From Oligoflexales bacterium (GTDB lineage Bacteria > Bdellovibrionota_B > Oligoflexia > Oligoflexales > CAIYRB01): a DNA stretch of 34,886 bases. The notes beneath the pieces were generated by a model. That model searched no databases, was not told the origin of the DNA, and saw only the letters and a list, made by a program, of their open reading frames with translations. A program made the position numbers and the translations under genes. Every line of letters begins with the position of its first letter. Position 1 is the first letter of the stretch. Location of the stretch: the NCBI GenBank assembly GCA_041736175.1, contig JBGSUI010000083.1, positions 1-34,886 of the forward strand, in the 5' to 3' direction. This document shows, piece after piece, positions 29,959-34,886 of the stretch.

Positions 29959-31448
29959 AGGACCTCCTCAAATTTAAGGAACCCATTCTCAAAGGCCCCC
30001 CGTAAGCCAAGCACTGGCAGTCGACCTAGCAGATCAAGGGACTGGGCGACTTCAGGCGACTCGCCGGCATTTTTGTCTTTCGACCGTTCCACCCCTAAGC
30101 GCAGACTGTCCGTGAGCAGCAGTCCTAAATCGAAATAAACATGGGAAGAACCTTCTGCCGACCCATAGGACTCGCTGATGCGGGGATTTTTATGGGAAAG
30201 GACGGGTATGTTTTTAATGCAGCCCTGCCGCAGGTCTTCGAGTGCCTCAAGATAGGGTGTCACTACAATGTGATGATCACAAACGCGATCAAATTTGATC
30301 TCGGCTAAAGATTTTTCTGGAAATATTTTCGGAATCCCATCGAGGGACAGACTCCCATTGGGGCCATCTTGTATTAAAACTGCTGTCACATAGGTGGACC
30401 CGGTAGTTGCACCGCGGCGCTTCCATAGTGCCAATGTCGCTGGACGAACTGGCTTTTTTGAAATCTCTTCGCGAGAAGATGCTAGAAAAGACTTTAGGCT
30501 CACATCGTCTAGATTTTCAGGAAAGGGAGTCATAAACGTCGTAAAAAACACAGTCTGAGCGGGTAAGAGATCAAACAACGATACAGAAGACTTGCCTTTG
30601 GGGACTATAAAGCCTTCGCGAACCTTCAGAAGGCCCTCAGAAATCCTGAAGTTTTTATCCCATGCTTTGTATTTGAGTTTAATGATGAGGTCCTTTTCAA
30701 ACCCATAAAATTTCGAAACAAACGACCATACTTGGGGAAATATTTGGTCAAGCTGCACTCTGAGGACCACGTCGTCTTCGGCAAAGGGGTTTGTCTTAGA
30801 GCAGTATCCCCCGGAGGATATGGCGACTCTCGGATCTCTTGAAAGGGCAAGGCACTGGTTCTCACGGTAGGACGCAAATTTTTCTGAATAGAGGTGCAGA
30901 GGGCGAACCCTAAAGGGTTTTCTCTGTTTTGGATCTGCAAGGTCCAACATCTCCTGTTTTGTCTCGGGCTGAAGCAGTTTCTCACTGATGCTTGTTAATA
31001 CTTTGGTCTTGGACTCATTTAAATTGGGAATGACGGCAGCGATAGGACTCACGAGTCCATCTCTCGCAAAATAATAAAAGTGGATCGGCTCATCAGTGAG
31101 TAGCTTTCCACTTAAAAAGTCGATGAGTCGACCAGACCAAGCATTTTTAAGATTTTCTCCTAGCATAAAAAAGACCGGTCCCAAATCCTCGGCCACCCCC
31201 CGGTAGAGATTTGAATCAAGAAAAGCATCAAACCACTGATTTTTTGAGAATAATGTTGAAATCAAAGACGCATCGTTAAGTTCAATGGTAAGCGCAGGAT
31301 CACTCGTAACGATGGGCGTTAACTGATAATCTTTTTCCCCCTCTGGTGAGGCCTCTTGTGCACACAAGGGGAATTCAACAGCACAAATTAAAATCACCGT
31401 AAGTATTGCAATAGGACGACAGATGGCGTGAGTATTAAAGCGAAACAT
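29955..31448 (-). CDS. exported hypothetical protein, YfaA/DUF2138-like by position
   Basis: Signal peptide; 4-bp overlap with the macroglobulin; family assigned from synteny only. Confidence 0.65.
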   Translation of the reverse strand: MFRFNTHAICRPIAILTVILICAVEFPLCAQEASPEGEKDYQLTPIVTSDPALTIELNDASLISTLFSKNQWFDAFLDSNLYRGVAEDLGPVFFMLGENLKNAWSGRLIDFLSGKLLTDEPIHFYYFARDGLVSPIAAVIPNLNESKTKVLTSISEKLLQPETKQEMLDLADPKQRKPFRVRPLHLYSEKFASYRENQCLALSRDPRVAISSGGYCSKTNPFAEDDVVLRVQLDQIFPQVWSFVSKFYGFEKDLIIKLKYKAWDKNFRISEGLLKVREGFIVPKGKSSVSLFDLLPAQTVFFTTFMTPFPENLDDVSLKSFLASSREEISKKPVRPATLALWKRRGATTGSTYVTAVLIQDGPNGSLSLDGIPKIFPEKSLAEIKFDRVCDHHIVVTPYLEALEDLRQGCIKNIPVLSHKNPRISESYGSAEGSSHVYFDLGLLLTDSLRLGVERSKDKNAGESPEVAQSLDLLGRLPVLGLRGAFENGFLKFEEVL

Positions 31449-31470
31449 TTAAAAACTCCAGTTATTATCG

Positions 31471-32100
31471 TCAAATATTCTTATTCCAACGGTAAATGCC
31501 TTTAAATCGCGGATTCCTAGGATCTGGTTTCCAGCCACTCCAGCTGGGAGACAACAAGGTGTCCCACCAAATTTTTCGTACGCTTCCAGATTCGTCCCTT
31601 GCTCCATTATGATAGATCACTAACGGCTGATTTCGCTCGCCATCCCTCAGAAAAATAACGAGCATCACGTGCCAGGAGTCAAAGGGTTGTTTATCAGGAT
31701 CGTAATAGACGAGGACATCACCAGTTTTAATGTGGTTAAAGTTATGGGCGTCAAAACCCACCCTAGGAACAGGTTTAAAATTGTAACCAATAAGTTCTTC
31801 GGCCCGCAAAAAAAAGCGCGGCTTTCCTAATTTGTCGCGCCAAAGTGGATGGTTTCCACCAAAGACCCTCTGGTAAACATAGCGGACAAATCCTGCACAG
31901 TCTCTTTGGGCCGGGTCCCAAGAGGGCTCCGGTGATTCTGCTTGTCTAAGGGCCACTTCAGTCATTAATGCCGGCCAGGAGATCGCAACAGCCCTTTGGT
32001 TATTCCCGACAAAGAGAAATCCCAAAAGGGCATATACGAACTTTACCGGGCAATATCTAAATTGGATTTTCATTTTGTTCTTTACGCACTTTAGAGTCAA
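31471..32100 (-). CDS. DUF1175 (YfaT-like) family protein
   Basis: W..AQRDCAGFVRY, GDVLVY, HVML, YHNG, WKP...NPRFKGIYRW. Confidence 0.85.
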   Translation of the reverse strand: MTLKCVKNKMKIQFRYCPVKFVYALLGFLFVGNNQRAVAISWPALMTEVALRQAESPEPSWDPAQRDCAGFVRYVYQRVFGGNHPLWRDKLGKPRFFLRAEELIGYNFKPVPRVGFDAHNFNHIKTGDVLVYYDPDKQPFDSWHVMLVIFLRDGERNQPLVIYHNGARDESGSVRKIWWDTLLSPSWSGWKPDPRNPRFKGIYRWNKNI

Positions 32101-32962
32101 TCACCCACTGGGGCCAAATACGAGTCGACTGTGGTTTTGGATCTAAGAGAGGAATATAAATATTAGCCTGATTATTTCTCTCGATTTTGATCCACGCTAG
32201 AGTGATCGTTTCTCCCGGCATTATCAGCGGTGCTTTTACGCTCCGCTTGATTTCTTTAGAGGTGCCGCCAAAGAGCACCATATTAAGACTTGCGACTGCA
32301 TGGGCTTTGTCTCCGCTGGGCCAATAGTTGGCGTCGACACGAAAGATACCAATAGGGGGAGATCGATGGGTGTAGAGATAGGGTCCATATCCAGGTTCGT
32401 CAAAGGATCCCCCTTGATGATTGAGGTAAAATCGTCCTCCTGAGGGAGATTCTGTACTCGCCCAGTAGACATGGTGTGTATTTTCCTTTGGATCCGCAAG
32501 GGGGTCTTTTACATAGGGAAACGGTTCGTAAACATGGAGATCGGTATAAATGCCGTCGGTATCGCTTGATAATACTAACACCATAGGAGATTTTGGAATC
32601 TCAGCATAGAGCGTTCTACCGACTTGGGTGGTTCCACTGACATTGCTCGCTTGGACAACGATCGAGTTTTTGCCCGGTACCACAGGGAATTTTCGTTTGA
32701 ATTCTCCTGAAAAATTGCGGATCAGATAGCGATCTCCATTGATGCTTACAATCAGGGGATCGATCGTCGGGTCGCTCACTTTGCCCGAAATTTCTACCAT
32801 TTGGTTGACCGTCCAGCCGGCATCAGGGGCAGTCAGAGTCACCACTGGAGGGACTTTTCCCTTGCCAATCATCGCACGGTGATCGGGACGCTGGCCGAAC
32901 CCTGACACTGAAAATGCCAAAAACATGCCAATTATTGAACATTTTAGCACTGTTTGAAACAC
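32057..32962 (-). CDS. DUF2135 (YfaP-like) exported protein
   Basis: Signal peptide, Ig-like GKNSIVVQASN, LSSDTD..TDLHVYEP, PGYGP, ANYW. Confidence 0.75.
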   Translation of the reverse strand: MFQTVLKCSIIGMFLAFSVSGFGQRPDHRAMIGKGKVPPVVTLTAPDAGWTVNQMVEISGKVSDPTIDPLIVSINGDRYLIRNFSGEFKRKFPVVPGKNSIVVQASNVSGTTQVGRTLYAEIPKSPMVLVLSSDTDGIYTDLHVYEPFPYVKDPLADPKENTHHVYWASTESPSGGRFYLNHQGGSFDEPGYGPYLYTHRSPPIGIFRVDANYWPSGDKAHAVASLNMVLFGGTSKEIKRSVKAPLIMPGETITLAWIKIERNNQANIYIPLLDPKPQSTRIWPQWVIDSKVRKEQNENPI

Positions 32963-33071
32963 CTGGCGTCCACCTTCCTAAAAGCTTTTTTTATAGATTC
33001 CATTATATCATGATCACATCTTACAATGGGGGCTCTCTCAAAGTGCGCTTTTCCAAGCGCATTGCCTTAGG

Positions 33072-34772
33072 ATGCTCAATCTCGTAAACTATAAACGGAA
33101 ATTCCGAATTTTGTTAAATATCGAGGGGTACTCTATTTTTTCTTTGAAAAATCCTAATTTATTCATGATACCTGCGTTTGCGTTTATGGTTAGCGGCATT
33201 TTTTTGAATTCGAATTGCCAGGCTACCAAATCAAGACGTAGAGCCCAAGAAACTCCACAAACGCCTCCTGAACCTACTCCGTCGACTTCTACAGCGATCT
33301 CAACTGGGACAGGTCCTGATATTGGGGGTGATCATGAAAGCATTTCCTGGGAAACGATAAACCGGCGCCAATGGGAGCGCGAGGTCAAAAAAACCGCCAA
33401 CGCCACCGAAATCGAACAGTGGGCCAAAAATCTCGGCACTAATGGTAAATGGACTGATATCAATTACGACCCTAATAAAATTCAGTTTTACCCACCTGAT
33501 TCCCATTTAGAACGAGTCAGGGCGATGGCATGGGCTTTCGTATCCCCTGGATCAAGTCTCAAAGACAAAAGCGATCTCAAGGACAAAATTTTTGCTGCTC
33601 TACGAATCTTAGACGAGTTTAAATCACCGACTGCAACAACTCAAGATTTCTCCTGGGACTATTGGTTTTCAAACTATGTCTCAGGGCCAAAGATCATCCT
33701 ACAGATTATGGTATTGCTTCAAAAAGAGATTTCTGGTGATCAACGACTCCACTACCTTTCTAAAATGCCGGACCAAATCGACGCCACCTTTAAGGATGGT
33801 CAGTCTGTCTTTGCTGAGAGTGGCCAAAACAAAGTTTGGATCGCCGACAACACTTTTGTCCGAGAGTCTCTCTTAAGAAACTCTGACCTGGTTAAAAAAG
33901 CCCTTAAGTCTATGGCTTCGACCTTCACAATCGTTTCAAAAAACTTAGGTGAAGGCATTAAGTCCGATTATTCTTTTCACCAACATGGGGCTCAAATCTA
34001 CTCGGGAGGATATGGCTATTGGTTTGTATTAAACGTAGCTGAAACCATGGGAATCATAAAAAACACAAAGTTAGAAGAGGTTTTTAGCCAGAGTGAACTC
34101 GACGTCTTTAAAAATTATGTTCTCCAGGGATTTCAATGGCATTTTTTCAAGAATTCCTTTGACTTTGGAGTTGTTGGCAGAAATATCACTCGGGTCGGCG
34201 GGCTTTCAACTTTAGCCCTTAAAAATAACATTGCTGATCTAGCCGAACTCTATCCTGGTGATAAATTGGCCTTTGATAGCATCAAAAATCACCTCGATGG
34301 CAAGCCCTCAAATTTAAATGGCAATCGATTTTTCTTCCACTCAGATTTTATGGTCCAACGAGGACGTGATTTTTATCTTTCCGCTCGAGTTCCTTCGACA
34401 CGAACCGACGGAACGGAGTCCATCAATGGCGAAAATCTCAAGGGGTATTTTTTGCCTTTTGGAGCCACAAATATTCTAACCCGTGGATCTGAGTACCAGA
34501 CCATGATCCCTGTGTGGAATTGGTCTAGGATTCCAGGAGTGACCAGTGAGATGGACTATATCCCAGAGCTCAGTGGCTACCTACGCGGGAAAAGCCAGTT
34601 TGCCGGTGGTGTCAGTGATGGACTCAAGGGACTCCTCTCATTTCAAACGAGTGATTTAGGCATTCAATCTCTAAAATCATACTTTTTTTACGAAAACGTC
34701 ATGATCTGTCTTGGAGCAGGCATTTCGGGGACTAAAACTAAATCGATCTTAACTATAGATCTACGCACATGA
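33072..34772 (+). CDS. polysaccharide lyase family 8 (chondroitin AC/hyaluronate lyase-like), C-terminally truncated
   Basis: GQNKVW, DYSFHQHGAQIYSGGYG, GRNITR, NGENLKG, WNWSRIPGVT, FAGGVSDG, ICLGAGI; true start probably further downstream (lipoprotein-like signal ending NSNC). Confidence 0.9.
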   Translation: MLNLVNYKRKFRILLNIEGYSIFSLKNPNLFMIPAFAFMVSGIFLNSNCQATKSRRRAQETPQTPPEPTPSTSTAISTGTGPDIGGDHESISWETINRRQWEREVKKTANATEIEQWAKNLGTNGKWTDINYDPNKIQFYPPDSHLERVRAMAWAFVSPGSSLKDKSDLKDKIFAALRILDEFKSPTATTQDFSWDYWFSNYVSGPKIILQIMVLLQKEISGDQRLHYLSKMPDQIDATFKDGQSVFAESGQNKVWIADNTFVRESLLRNSDLVKKALKSMASTFTIVSKNLGEGIKSDYSFHQHGAQIYSGGYGYWFVLNVAETMGIIKNTKLEEVFSQSELDVFKNYVLQGFQWHFFKNSFDFGVVGRNITRVGGLSTLALKNNIADLAELYPGDKLAFDSIKNHLDGKPSNLNGNRFFFHSDFMVQRGRDFYLSARVPSTRTDGTESINGENLKGYFLPFGATNILTRGSEYQTMIPVWNWSRIPGVTSEMDYIPELSGYLRGKSQFAGGVSDGLKGLLSFQTSDLGIQSLKSYFFYENVMICLGAGISGTKTKSILTIDLRT

Positions 34773-34838
34773 AAAGATAGATTTTAATTTTTTCCGTGGT
34801 ATAATGATCGTTTTGCCAAAAAACGAGGATTGACCACC

Positions 34839-34886
34839 ATGCATTCGTCTAAAGGTAAACCGCTTTCACCTGAGGTAAAGTGGGTC
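34839..34886 (+). CDS. 5' end of an ORF (MHSSKGKPLSPEVKWV...), possibly a transposase
   Basis: GAGGA RBS, upstream TGGTATAAT extended -10, frame open to the window edge; only 16 codons visible. Confidence 0.4.
   Translation, partial: MHSSKGKPLSPEVKWV

Noticed and set aside
1160..33876. Many short ORFs overlapping the long genes on the opposite strand or frame (e.g. 2300-3970, 14509-15508, 20695-21647, 22807-28667)
   Set aside because: Shadow ORFs with no motifs, nested in well-supported genes

Overview
Bacterial chromosomal window; the gene content (TIGR02147 protein, AHDVRKPF-type hybrid kinase) suggests a Bdellovibrionota/Oligoflexia-like organism (inference). The left ~12 kb is an accessory region. 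It is cut into ~4.9, ~5.0 and ~0.95 kb units by direct repeats of the 3' half of a tRNA-Arg(CCG)-like gene ending at 1160, 6013 and 11041. Two copies share a long conserved upstream arm, and a tRNA-less degenerate arm lies at ~11911-11989. No integrase and no intact tRNA are in the window. Unit 1 carries an intact methyltransferase/hybrid histidine kinase pair plus a GNAT gene. Unit 2 keeps only short paralogous relics of that kinase and GNAT, around an AAA+ ATPase, a Fic protein and several gene fragments. The rest is backbone: RhtA-like exporter, a neutral ceramidase frameshifted at a C9 run, TIGR02147 protein plus lipoprotein, rplS, yraN, rnhB, trxA, phoX, a five-gene yfa/mag-type alpha-2-macroglobulin operon with an intact thioester motif, and a PL8 lyase probably truncated by an IS at the right edge.
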